A DNA stretch of 64,000 nucleotides from Eubacteriales bacterium (GTDB taxonomy: Bacteria > Bacillota > Clostridia > Oscillospirales > CAG-382): positions 13,069-77,068 of the forward strand of contig JAZNCU010000072.1 of assembly GCA_045587745.1 (NCBI GenBank), given 5' to 3'. Positions within the stretch are counted from its first letter, which is position 1; each line of letters starts with the position of its first letter. Of the stretch, positions 7,516 through 16,612 are shown piece after piece. The translations under genes and the position numbers were made by a program. The notes under the pieces are model-generated. The model did not search any database, was not told where the DNA came from, and saw only the letters and a program-made list of their open reading frames with translations.

Positions 7516-9843
7516 ATGCCTTTTGGAAAACTCATTATTTCCGTAAGACAGGGCTCGGATTCCCTGCCGATAAAGAATTGCCGTGTGAGGATCGACGGCC
7601 CCGACGGTGTACTGCTTTTTGAGACCGAGATCATCTATCCCCTGCCGGGGGACGAGGTACGCATCGAAACGCCGCCGATTGCGCTATCGCTCAATGAGGC
7701 CAACACCGTCATCCCTTACTCCACCTGCAACGTGCATATACGGGCAGAAAACCATTTCCGCCTCGGCATATTCGGGGTACAGCTTTTTGAGGACAGGACG
7801 GCTTCGCTGACCGCCGAGCTCGTTCCGCTTCCCTCGGGTGACGATTCTCCCGAGAACGAGCCCGAGCTACGCATAGATATACCCGAGCATCAGCTTTTCG
7901 AGAGCGCAGGCGGACGTACGCCCTACCCGCCCGAGGCAAGCACGGCATTCCTTGAATACGAGCCTGCCGTGCCTGCGGTAACCTCGCCTAACGTTTTTGT
8001 GCCCGAATCGGTTACGGTGCATATGGGCGCACCCGACGCCGATGCGGAAAACATAACCGTTTCGTTCCTCGACTACCTCAAAAACGTGGCGTGCAGTGAG
8101 ATATATCCCACCTGGCCGGAGGAATCGCTGAGAGCAAATATAATCGCCCAATGCTCCATCATTCTAAACCGTGTTTATACCGAATGGTACCGTAGCAGGG
8201 GCTACGATTTTGATATTACCAATGACACCGCATACGATCAATCCTTTGTTAACGGGCGGAATATTTTTTCAAACATAAGCGATATCGTAGACTCGTTATT
8301 CAATACGTTCATTACCCGCCCCGGCTCGGTTGAGCCGTTGTTCGCCCAATACTGCAACGGCACGACGAGCACCTGCGCAGGGCTTTCGCAATGGGGTACC
8401 GTTTCGCTTGCGAACAGCGGGCTTTCGTACCGTGAGATACTTGAGTTTTACTTTGGAGACATCGTAATATCCGAAACTGACGACATCCGATCGAGCGAGG
8501 GCTCGTTTCCGGGCTACACCCTACGTCCGGGAAGCAGAGGAAGCGACGTTCTTCTCATTCAGGAAAAGCTCAATCGGATCGCAATAAACTTCCCCGAGAT
8601 TCCGCTTAACAACACCACCGGCGTTTACGATGAATACACACGGCTTGCAGTGGAGGTGTTTCAAAGGCTTTTTTTGCTTCCTGTGACAGGGAATACCGAC
8701 AAAGCGACGTGGTATCGGATAGGATCGATATACGCATCGGTAAAAAGGCTGGCAGAAATAACGAGCGAGGGGCTGAGAGCGAGCTACAACAGTCAGCTTT
8801 ACCCCGGAAAGCCGCTCGAAAACAGCTCCAAGGGAAGCGAGGTACAGGAAATTCAGTTTTATCTCTACCGTATTTCTTTTTTCAACAATGCGGTAACGGC
8901 TCCCCGTATAGACGGAATATACGGAAGCAATACAAGAGATGCCGTAATCAGCTTTCAAAAGGCGTATAATCTGTCCCAAACGGGTATAGTAGACGAGGAA
9001 ACCTGGAACAAGATAGTTGCGGTATACAACGGCTCGAAGGAAAACATAGATGCGCCTCTCGCAACACAGCAGACCGAGCCCTGGGACGGCGCACCGCTTT
9101 ACCGAGGCGACCGTGACAGGCGTGTGGAATACATCCAGACGGCACTCAATGAGATACAAAACGTTTTCGTTATAATTCCCGAGCAGGTGGCAAACGGAAT
9201 CTTCGGCGCAGTAACCGAGAACGCCGTGAATTTATTTTCACAGCTTTTCGGGCTTCCGCAAAACGGCCATATCGACGAGACGCTTTGGAACAAGGTCAAC
9301 CAATTATACGTGGCGGTTTCCTCGGGCTGTGTTTTTGCAAACAGCGCAAGTGCAGGTACACAGCCATACCCGGGAAGCGAAATTGCTCAAGGTGACAGCG
9401 GCAAAAACGTAAGATATATTCAGGAAAAAATAAACCGCATTTACGATTCGATACCCTACGTCGGCTCGCTTGATGTCGACGGAGTGTTCGGCAGCTCCAC
9501 TCAGGCATCGGTCGATACGCTGAGATACGTGTTCGGGCTGACTCAGGGCGGCAGTGTGGATGAAACCACGTGGCTGCTTATAAACTATATTTTTTCGGCG
9601 GTGGAAAACGGATGCCTGCCTCTCTCGGGTGCCGAGACGACGGTTTTTGCTTACAGCAGCGGTATATCCGCCAGAGATCTCAAGGAGCTGATGCGAAAAA
9701 ACGGCATAAGGGTTTCGTCAATGCCGCATTTCGGTTTATCGAGCAAAAGGGCTCTGATGCGCTGGCAGAGCGAAAACGGGCTGCTCCCCACGGGCGAGCC
9801 CGATAACGAAACTCTGCGTATATTATTGCGTAAAATGCGGTGA
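7516..9843 (+). CDS. SpoIID/LytB-domain protein with about five C-terminal PG_binding_1-type repeats (SleC-like cortex-lytic candidate)
   Basis: 775-aa ORF. The central region DYLKNVACSEIYPTWPEESLRANIIAQCSIILNRVY...YDQSFVNG...FAQYCNG fits the SpoIID pattern. From about nt 8515 onward there are repeated ~65-aa units of the type G-S-x-G-x-V-x-x-I/L-Q-x-x-L-N...DG-I/V-F/Y-G...T...AV..FQ...L...G.VD..TW. I see no N-terminal signal peptide. Confidence 0.6.
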   Translation: MPFGKLIISVRQGSDSLPIKNCRVRIDGPDGVLLFETEIIYPLPGDEVRIETPPIALSLNEANTVIPYSTCNVHIRAENHFRLGIFGVQLFEDRTASLTAELVPLPSGDDSPENEPELRIDIPEHQLFESAGGRTPYPPEASTAFLEYEPAVPAVTSPNVFVPESVTVHMGAPDADAENITVSFLDYLKNVACSEIYPTWPEESLRANIIAQCSIILNRVYTEWYRSRGYDFDITNDTAYDQSFVNGRNIFSNISDIVDSLFNTFITRPGSVEPLFAQYCNGTTSTCAGLSQWGTVSLANSGLSYREILEFYFGDIVISETDDIRSSEGSFPGYTLRPGSRGSDVLLIQEKLNRIAINFPEIPLNNTTGVYDEYTRLAVEVFQRLFLLPVTGNTDKATWYRIGSIYASVKRLAEITSEGLRASYNSQLYPGKPLENSSKGSEVQEIQFYLYRISFFNNAVTAPRIDGIYGSNTRDAVISFQKAYNLSQTGIVDEETWNKIVAVYNGSKENIDAPLATQQTEPWDGAPLYRGDRDRRVEYIQTALNEIQNVFVIIPEQVANGIFGAVTENAVNLFSQLFGLPQNGHIDETLWNKVNQLYVAVSSGCVFANSASAGTQPYPGSEIAQGDSGKNVRYIQEKINRIYDSIPYVGSLDVDGVFGSSTQASVDTLRYVFGLTQGGSVDETTWLLINYIFSAVENGCLPLSGAETTVFAYSSGISARDLKELMRKNGIRVSSMPHFGLSSKRALMRWQSENGLLPTGEPDNETLRILLRKMR

Positions 9844-9984
9844 CTGAGGGGACTTTTTTGCTGAAAAGGCGTGTTTCGTATTGACTTTGAGCAGCTGTGC
9901 GAGTATACTTTAGGATGTGTTTTTGTATAAAAAGGGGGGATCATTCTGAAAAGCGGAGAGGAGAAGAGTGGGCATCTTCACAGA

Positions 9985-10707
9985 TTGACTCCCAAAACAC
10001 TCAGGCAAAAAAGAATAATTGCCATCATTTCGTTGATCATCACCCTTATTTTATTCCTTGCGCTTGCATGGTGGCTCACACGCTTTTTGCTCAGGGGCGG
10101 GAGCGTTGAGTCGTTCAAGGAGCTGATAAAATCATACGGTAGCCTGGGATGGCTGGTCGCATTCGGAATACAGGTGCTTCAGGTCATCGTATCCCCCATA
10201 CCGGGTGAGGTGGTCGAGCTCGGAATGGGTATATGCTTCGGCTGGTTTTGGGGTGCCGTGCTCTGCCTTGTGGGAAGTGCGCTCGGCTCGGTCATAATTA
10301 TGCTCATAGTCAAAAAGGTGGGCATAAAAATGGTTCAGCTTTTTGTATCGGTCGATAAAATCAACGAGCTGCGGTTCATTAACAGCGAGCGCAAGCTCAA
10401 CAGCCTCGTGTTTATTTTGTACGTGCTTCCCGGAACACCCAAGGATCCTCTGATATTCTTTTTCGGGCTGACTCGCATCGGTATCATTGAGTTTACCGTA
10501 ATTTCGACTCTCGCCCGTATTCCGTCGGTTATTACCTCAACGGTCGGCGGAAAGCTGTTTATTGACGGTCACCTTATCGGCGCAGTGGTCGTTATTGCGG
10601 TCACTGCAGTGATAAGTCTGGCAGGAATGATACTATACCAAAGGATACTGAGGCGTATACGCAATCGCAAAAGCATAAACCGTGATGAAGAATCCGCACA
10701 GGAATAG
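9985..10707 (+). CDS. TVP38/TMEM64 (DedA-related) family membrane protein
   Basis: 240-aa polytopic ORF with the characteristic LPGTPKDPLIFFFGLT segment. The track gives it a TTG start. A TTGACT-17-TATACT promoter lies upstream at about 9881-9909. Confidence 0.65.
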   Translation: MTPKTLRQKRIIAIISLIITLILFLALAWWLTRFLLRGGSVESFKELIKSYGSLGWLVAFGIQVLQVIVSPIPGEVVELGMGICFGWFWGAVLCLVGSALGSVIIMLIVKKVGIKMVQLFVSVDKINELRFINSERKLNSLVFILYVLPGTPKDPLIFFFGLTRIGIIEFTVISTLARIPSVITSTVGGKLFIDGHLIGAVVVIAVTAVISLAGMILYQRILRRIRNRKSINRDEESAQE

Positions 10708-10722
10708 ATATTTGGAGTTAAA

Positions 10723-11730
10723 ATGGACAGAACTTTTATTCCCGAGGGTTATACCTCGGCACTCGGCATAAGACAGACCGAGGTTGCAATTAAAAAGGTA
10801 AAGGACTTTTTTGAGCGTGATATTGCCATCCAGCTCAATCTCACCCGTGTTTCGGCTCCTCTTTTCGTTGACAAGGCGAGCGGTCTCAACGATAACCTCA
10901 GCGGCAAGGAAAGACCGGTCGGCTTTGATATAGGCAGCGTAGGGGGTGATTTTGAGATAGTGCAGTCGCTCGCAAAATGGAAAAGGCTTGCACTCCGTGA
11001 TTACGGCTTCAAGCCGGGCGAAGGGCTTTACACCGATATGAACGCTATACGCCGTGATGAGGATACCGATAACATCCACTCGGTTTTTGTGGATCAGTGG
11101 GACTGGGAAAAAGTAATCACCGAGGAGCAGCGCAGCTTTGATACTCTCAAAAGGGCGGTAAAGCAGATATACACCTCGCTCCGCCATACCGAGACCTATA
11201 TAGCCGAGGACTACGATTTTGTTGAGAAGTTTCTGCCCGAGAAGATCGTTTTTATCACCTCGCAGGAGCTTGAGGACGAGTATCCCGACCTCACACCCAA
11301 GGAAAGGGAATACGCCGCAGTCAAAAAACACGGTGCGGTTTTCCTGATGCAGATCGGCGGTGCGCTCAGATCGGGCGAGAAGCACGACGGCCGTGCTCCC
11401 GACTATGACGACTGGTCGCTCAACGGTGATATTATCGTATATTATCCCGTGCTTGATATAGCGCTCGAGCTTTCGAGCATGGGTATCCGTGTCGATGCCG
11501 ACACACTCAAAAAGCAACTCGAGATTTCGGGCTGTACCGACAGAGCGGCACTCCCGTTCCACAAAATGCTTTTGAACGGCGAGCTTCCTCTTACTATGGG
11601 CGGCGGTATCGGTCAGTCAAGGATGTGTATGTTCTTCCTCCGCAAGGCACACATCGGTGAGGTTCAGTCCTCCTGCTGGCCGAGCGAGATGCTCGAGCTC
11701 TGCAAGGAAAAAGGCGTTCAGCTGCTGTAA
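10723..11730 (+). CDS. asnA: Aspartate--ammonia ligase (asparagine synthetase A)
   Basis: 335-aa ORF. The length and the motifs (IRQTEVAIKKVKDFFE, SVFVDQWDWEKVI, GGGIGQSR) are typical of AsnA. Confidence 0.9.
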   Translation: MDRTFIPEGYTSALGIRQTEVAIKKVKDFFERDIAIQLNLTRVSAPLFVDKASGLNDNLSGKERPVGFDIGSVGGDFEIVQSLAKWKRLALRDYGFKPGEGLYTDMNAIRRDEDTDNIHSVFVDQWDWEKVITEEQRSFDTLKRAVKQIYTSLRHTETYIAEDYDFVEKFLPEKIVFITSQELEDEYPDLTPKEREYAAVKKHGAVFLMQIGGALRSGEKHDGRAPDYDDWSLNGDIIVYYPVLDIALELSSMGIRVDADTLKKQLEISGCTDRAALPFHKMLLNGELPLTMGGGIGQSRMCMFFLRKAHIGEVQSSCWPSEMLELCKEKGVQLL

Positions 11731-11777
11731 GTTACGCAGTACGGGAAGCGGTTAAAACCAATACACAAAATAAAGGA

Positions 11778-11815
11778 ACGCCTGCCCCGGTTTTATGCCG
11801 AGGCAGGCGTTTTTG
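11778..11815. terminator. Bidirectional intrinsic terminator between asnA and fba
   Basis: ACGCCTGCC...GGCAGGCGT forms a 9-bp GC-rich stem. It is flanked by TTTTT on the plus strand and by a T-rich run on the minus strand. Confidence 0.7.
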
Positions 11816-11836
11816 CAGATATTAAAGCCGAGACGG

Positions 11837-12772
11837 TTATGCTTTGCCGTTGCAGCCGAGAACGTTGACGAGCTTGTGCTTAACAAGAGTCTTGATGTTC
11901 TCACGAGCGGGCTTGAGGTACTGTCTGGGATCGAAGTGATCGGGGTTTGCATTGAAGTGCTCACGGATAGCAGCGGTCATTGCAAGACGGAGGTCGGAGT
12001 CGATGTTGATCTTGCAAACTGCCATGGAAGCAGCCTTGCGGAGCATATCCTCGGGAATACCGATAGCATCGGGCATTCTGCCGCCGTTAGCATTGATAAT
12101 GTTAACGTACTCGGGAATAACGGAGGAAGCGCCGTGAAGAACGATGGGGAATCCGGGAAGTCTCTTTTCAACCTCTTCGAGAATATCGAATCTGAGCTGA
12201 GGCTTCTGACCGGGCTTGAATTTGTATGCGCCGTGGCTGGTGCCGATTGCGATAGCAAGGGAGTCAACGCCGGTCTTTTCAACAAATTCCTGAACCTGAT
12301 CGGGATCGGTGTAGGAAGCATCCTTCTCACTTACGTTAACGGCATCCTCGATGCCTGCAAGACGTCCGAGCTCACCCTCAACAACAACGCCGTGTGCGTG
12401 TGCATACTCAACTACCTGCTTGGTAAGAGCGATGTTATCCTCAAAGGAGTGGTGAGAGCCGTCGATCATAACGGAGGTAAAGCCGCCGTCAATGCAGGAT
12501 TTGCAAAGCTCAAAGGTATCGCCGTGGTCGAGGTGAAGAGCGATGGGAAGACCGGTCTCCTCAATAGCAGCCTCAACGAGTTTTACGAGATAGGTGTGGT
12601 TAGCATACTTTCTTGCGCCCGAAGAAACCTGAAGGATAAGGGGAGCATTCTCCTCCTTTGCAGCCTCGGTGATACCCTGGATGATCTCCATGTTGTTAAC
12701 GTTGAACGCACCGATAGCGTAGCCGCCCTTGTAGGCTTTTTCGAACATTTCTTTGGTGTTTACAAGTGCCAT
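11837..12772 (-). CDS. fba: Class II fructose-1,6-bisphosphate aldolase
   Basis: 311-aa ORF with GAFNVNNME, LHLDHG and VLHGASS motifs. A TTGACA-17-TAAACT promoter lies at 12839-12811 on the minus strand. Confidence 0.9.
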   Translation of the reverse strand: MALVNTKEMFEKAYKGGYAIGAFNVNNMEIIQGITEAAKEENAPLILQVSSGARKYANHTYLVKLVEAAIEETGLPIALHLDHGDTFELCKSCIDGGFTSVMIDGSHHSFEDNIALTKQVVEYAHAHGVVVEGELGRLAGIEDAVNVSEKDASYTDPDQVQEFVEKTGVDSLAIAIGTSHGAYKFKPGQKPQLRFDILEEVEKRLPGFPIVLHGASSVIPEYVNIINANGGRMPDAIGIPEDMLRKAASMAVCKINIDSDLRLAMTAAIREHFNANPDHFDPRQYLKPARENIKTLVKHKLVNVLGCNGKA

Positions 12773-13017
12773 AGTATAATCTCCTTATGCATATTTTTCC
12801 ATTCTATTAGAGTTTAGCCTTTTTTGTGTGATTTGTCAACAATATTTTGTGAACGGCTGCATACAATTTTTATTTGTCCAAACGTATTTTTTGTAACAAA
12901 ACGCAAAAAAGCCGTCCGGGATAGCCTAATGCCGCCAAAAACCTCTGTTGACTTTGAAATACCGTAATGCTATAATGACACATCAGACACGTACAACACG
13001 CACGTAAGGAGTAAAAA

Positions 13018-13977
13018 ATGAAAAGGGTTATTTGTTTTTTGATCATTTCGCTGATGTGCTTATCGCTTTTTGCATGCCGAGATACAGGTGATACAGGCTC
13101 GGAGAGCGTTTTTTCGGACGCCTTATCCACAGAAGATTCAGGAATCTCCGAGGACCTTGCTTCTGCCGAAGCTCTTATAGAACAGGGAGAATACGAGCAG
13201 GCATACAAACTGCTTTACGGCATCCGTCAAAACGAAAAAGCTGCCGAGCTGCTTTCGGGCTTTAAGGTGCTTCCTCTCAAAATAAGGGGAAACGGCACAT
13301 CGTGGATTCTGTATACCGATTTCAAATGCGATAACACCTACGATGAAAACGGCTTGCTTACAGGAAAAACAGAGGTTTCGAATCACAATTGCACCGAAGT
13401 ATTTACCTATACCTACGACGATCAGGGCAGACTCATTACCGAGAAGCGGGTGAAAAAATTCGAGGGTGAGTCAAAAAGCTACACCGAATATAATTCCTAC
13501 ACATACAATGAGCACGGTGACGTAGCAAGCTTAGAGAACAGCGACCTCGGCTTTACCTACCGCATAGATTACGAATACACCTACAGCGAGGACGGAAAAA
13601 TCCTGTCAGTCACCGACCTATCGTCCGAAGAGACTACACGCTATGTCTATAACGATGCAGGACAGCTCATCGAAAAAGCAAATGAATCCGCCGTCTATCG
13701 ATACACCTACGATAATAACGGCAATCTCATAAAGGAAACGATAAACGAGGATTACGAGGCACAAAACAGCATGACGGAGTATACCTACGATTCCGACGGC
13801 CGTCTGATCCAAACGGTAACAACCTCCACACATTCGGGCAGCAAACAATCCGCCTCCTGCAAATATGAATACAACGAGTACGGCATTCTCGTCAAAGAGA
13901 TTCATAGCGACGTAGAGCGCCAGGACTATACTCAGGCTTACTCGGATTTTGTGTATTTCTATTCACCGCAGGAATAG
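13018..13977 (+). CDS. Small YD-repeat lipoprotein
   Basis: It has a signal peptide with a lipobox (LSLFAC, Cys20). Seven YD-type repeats follow: YTYDDQGRLI, YTYNEHGDVA, YTYSEDGKIL, YVYNDAGQLI, YTYDNNGNLI, YTYDSDGRLI, YEYNEYGILV. A TTGACT-17-TATAAT promoter lies upstream. Confidence 0.6.
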   Translation: MKRVICFLIISLMCLSLFACRDTGDTGSESVFSDALSTEDSGISEDLASAEALIEQGEYEQAYKLLYGIRQNEKAAELLSGFKVLPLKIRGNGTSWILYTDFKCDNTYDENGLLTGKTEVSNHNCTEVFTYTYDDQGRLITEKRVKKFEGESKSYTEYNSYTYNEHGDVASLENSDLGFTYRIDYEYTYSEDGKILSVTDLSSEETTRYVYNDAGQLIEKANESAVYRYTYDNNGNLIKETINEDYEAQNSMTEYTYDSDGRLIQTVTTSTHSGSKQSASCKYEYNEYGILVKEIHSDVERQDYTQAYSDFVYFYSPQE

Positions 13978-13994
13978 CGGATATACAGCAATAC

Positions 13995-14039
13995 AAAAAG
14001 GATGCAAAAGCTCAAAACGGGCTTTTACATCCTTTTTTT
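13995..14039. terminator. Bidirectional terminator between convergent genes
   Basis: AAAAAGGATGCAAAAGC-loop-GCTTTTACATCCTTTTTTT forms a long stem with A/T runs on both sides. Confidence 0.65.
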
Positions 14040-14044
14040 GTTAT

Positions 14045-16324
14045 TTAATCGTTATTGCGGATGACTGCACGCCTTATCTTACCCGAGATTGTTTTGGGAA
14101 GCTCGTTTACGAACTCAACTCGTCTGGGGTATTTGTACGGTGCGGTACGGGTTTTTACGTAGTTCTGAATCTCCTTAACGAGGCTATCCGAGGGAAGGGT
14201 TTCCTTGGTGAGTACGATAGTAGCCTTGACGATCTGACCTCTTGTCTCATCGGGAACGCCGGTAATGGCGCACTCAAGCACGTAAGGAAGCTCCATAAGC
14301 ACGCTCTCGATCTCAAAGGGACCTATGCGGTAGCCGCTCGATTTGATAACGTCGTCAACTCTGCCAACGTACCAATAGTAATCGTCCTCGTCCTTCCAGG
14401 CGGTGTCGCCGGTATGGTAAAATCCGTCGTGACGTACCTCGGCGGTCGCCTCCTCGTTGAGGTAATAGCCGTCGAACAGACCTACCGCTTTGCCATTATC
14501 GGTACGGATAACTATCTCGCCTACCTCACCGACACTTGCCTCGGTTCCGTCATCCTTCATGATCATTACCGAATATGCGGGACTCGGTCTGCCCATTGAG
14601 CCGGGCTTGGGCTCCATGCCGTAGAGGTTGCCCACCGTGAGGGTGGTCTCGGTCTGGCCAAAGGATTCCATCAGCTTGACACCGGTATGCTCATAGAATT
14701 TATTATAGACCTCGGGGTTGAGCGCCTCGCCTGCGATAGTGGCGTACTTGAGGGAGGAAAGATCGAATTTTGAAAGGTCCTCACGGATAAGAAAACGGTA
14801 TATCGTGGGAGGTGCACAGAAGGTGGTTATGCCGTATTTTTTGAACATAGGAAGCAGCGTGGAGGCATCAAATCGGTCGAAATCGTAAACGAAAACTCCC
14901 GATTCGCAAAGCCACTGTCCGTATAGCTTACCCCAGAGTGCCTTGCCCCAGCCTGTATCGGCAACCGTAAAATGAAGTCCGTCGGGCTCGACGTTGTGCC
15001 ACCAGCGTGCAGTGACGATATGCCCGAGAGGATAGGTAAACGGATGGATGGCCATTTTGGGATATCCCGTGGTGCCGGAGGTAAAGAACATAACCGAGGG
15101 ATCGGTCGCAAGGGTATCGGCACGGTCAAAATGCGAGCTGCAGCGCATAAAGCCGGTATCGAAATCGAACCAGCCGTCACGGGGCTCCCCGACGATGATC
15201 TTGGTTTTGAGCGAGGGGCATTTTTCGGCGGCGGCAGACGCCTTCTCGGCACAGCCGTCATCCGAGGTACACACGATAGCCGAGATATGACCGGCATTGA
15301 AGCGGTACTCAAAATCGTGCTCCTGAAGCTGGTGAGTTGCGGGAACGACCACTGCGCCGATTTTATGCAGCGCAATGATGGATACCCAGAACTGCCAATG
15401 CCGCTTCAGCACAAGCATTACACGGTCGCCCTTTTGGATGCCGAGCATGGAAAAATAGTTGGCCGCCTTTGAGGAAAGACGGGAAATATCACGGAAGCTG
15501 AATTCCTTTTCGCTGCCGTCGTTGCCTACCCACATAACCGCACGCTTATCGGGAATTTTCTCTGCAAGCGCATCCACAACGTCGTAAGCGAAATTGAAGT
15601 TATCGGGGTAATTAAAGGTAATGTCGGTAAGCTTTCCGTCGGCATCAACAGTCTCGGTAACGAAGCTCCTGTAGATACAGCCTGCGTATTTGTCAACGAG
15701 AGGCTTGGTAAGCTTTTTGGCAGGAACGGGAACAGGCTCATCGGCAATATCGTCGCCATCCTCCTTGAAAACGACAGCGAGGAACACGCAATCCTCGCCT
15801 CCGACCGCAACCATTCCGTGGCTGTGGGAGGAATCATAGTAAACCGAGTCGCCGGGATTCATAACGTAGATATGATTCTCGAGCTGAACCTTAAGGTGTC
15901 CCGACAGAATGTAGTTGAACTCCTGTCCCTTGTGGGCGGCAACGGCAATAGGACCCTCCTCAAGCTCTTTGTCATACTTTGCGGTGACGATAAAGGGCTC
16001 GCTCTTACGGTTACGGAGCATGGGAGCTACGTGCCGATAATTGAATCCCTCCTCGCGGCGGATGGGCATTCCCTCCCCCTTACGGGTGAGGTTGTAAAAC
16101 CAGAGCTTGGGGTCAATACCCGAAACGAGCTCCGAAATATCCATTCCGAGCGTCTGGGAGCATTTGTAGAGAAAAGTAAACGAAAAATCATCATTTCCGT
16201 TCTCAAGGTAAAGATACTCATCAACCGAGATGCCGCATTTTTCGGCCATTACCTCGGCAGTAATATCAAGGTTTTCCCTCGCCCATCTGAGACGAGCGGC
16301 GATCATTGTTGTTTGTTGTTCCAT
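14045..16324 (-). CDS. Fusion protein: N-terminal HTH(XRE)+cupin module joined to an AMP-forming (medium-chain type) acyl-CoA synthetase
   Basis: Track ORF 14045..16438, trimmed to MEQQTTMIAARL (ATG 16324-16322, GGAGGG RBS). The first 38 track codons lie over the T-box terminator. The HTH_3 region is ITAEVMAEKCGISVDEYLYLENG. The cupin region is HKGQEFNYILSGHLKV...PGDSVYYDSSHSHG. The adenylate-forming core shows FFTSGTTGYPK, FGQTE, YHTGD, SSGYRIGPFEIES and PKTISGKIRR. Confidence 0.8.
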   Translation of the reverse strand: MEQQTTMIAARLRWARENLDITAEVMAEKCGISVDEYLYLENGNDDFSFTFLYKCSQTLGMDISELVSGIDPKLWFYNLTRKGEGMPIRREEGFNYRHVAPMLRNRKSEPFIVTAKYDKELEEGPIAVAAHKGQEFNYILSGHLKVQLENHIYVMNPGDSVYYDSSHSHGMVAVGGEDCVFLAVVFKEDGDDIADEPVPVPAKKLTKPLVDKYAGCIYRSFVTETVDADGKLTDITFNYPDNFNFAYDVVDALAEKIPDKRAVMWVGNDGSEKEFSFRDISRLSSKAANYFSMLGIQKGDRVMLVLKRHWQFWVSIIALHKIGAVVVPATHQLQEHDFEYRFNAGHISAIVCTSDDGCAEKASAAAEKCPSLKTKIIVGEPRDGWFDFDTGFMRCSSHFDRADTLATDPSVMFFTSGTTGYPKMAIHPFTYPLGHIVTARWWHNVEPDGLHFTVADTGWGKALWGKLYGQWLCESGVFVYDFDRFDASTLLPMFKKYGITTFCAPPTIYRFLIREDLSKFDLSSLKYATIAGEALNPEVYNKFYEHTGVKLMESFGQTETTLTVGNLYGMEPKPGSMGRPSPAYSVMIMKDDGTEASVGEVGEIVIRTDNGKAVGLFDGYYLNEEATAEVRHDGFYHTGDTAWKDEDDYYWYVGRVDDVIKSSGYRIGPFEIESVLMELPYVLECAITGVPDETRGQIVKATIVLTKETLPSDSLVKEIQNYVKTRTAPYKYPRRVEFVNELPKTISGKIRRAVIRNND

Positions 16325-16371
16325 AAAAACCCTCCGATAAAATGATATTACCGTTGTCGGACAAGTGAATA

Positions 16372-16606
16372 TAAAAAGCCTCATCTGCAATGAGATGAGG
16401 CTAAAAGCATCATTATACCACTCATTTGCCACGCCCAACAGCGCAATTCCCTTTGTTACGGCGGAAGCTCCGTCATACCCTACCGAAAACCCTCGGGCAT
16501 GCAGCTCAAAGGTGATAAATCCGTCCTTCCGTTACTGCCTCGCACCAAACGGCAGCTCTCTGAAACGGGTGAGATACGGACCCGTGTCCTTATCCTCGCT
16601 TTTATT
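16372..16606 (-). promoter_or_regulatory. T-box riboswitch leader (specifier read as AUC, Ile) with terminator/antiterminator
   Basis: The minus-strand RNA shows these elements in order. The K-turn base is AGC-GAGGAU-AAGG...CCUU-UGA-GCU. The AG bulge and distal loop are CAGAGAG-CUGCC-GUUUGGUGCGA-GGCAG. CCGUAAC is an F-box-like element. The antiterminator is AAUGAG[UGGUAUA]AUGAUGC-UUUUA-GCCUCAU-CUCAUU. It overlaps the terminator AGCCUCAUCU-CAUUGC-AGAUGAGGCU-UUUUU (16402-16372). The element is about 235 nt long. Confidence 0.85.
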
Positions 16607-16612
16607 GCGACT

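Noticed and set aside
11795-12817. Long antisense ORFs mirroring real genes: 11795..12817 (340 aa, opposite fba), 10633..11562 (opposite asnA), 19174..20511 (445 aa), 26142..27914 (590 aa, opposite pepF), 34948..36042 (opposite ileS), 43491..44246, 54172..55140 and 59924..60673.
   Set aside because: Each lies fully inside a gene with clear family motifs on the other strand. Their translations are low-complexity (V/G/L/A/R-rich) with no recognisable domains or RBS. They are shadow ORFs, expected when sense-strand codon usage avoids the complements of stop codons.
16325-16438. N-terminal 38 codons of track ORF 14045..16438 (MGVANEWYNDAFSLISLQMRLFIFTCPTTVISFYRRVF).
   Set aside because: This stretch overlaps the T-box terminator and antiterminator and has no RBS. 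A strong GGAGGG RBS precedes the internal MEQQ start at 16324.
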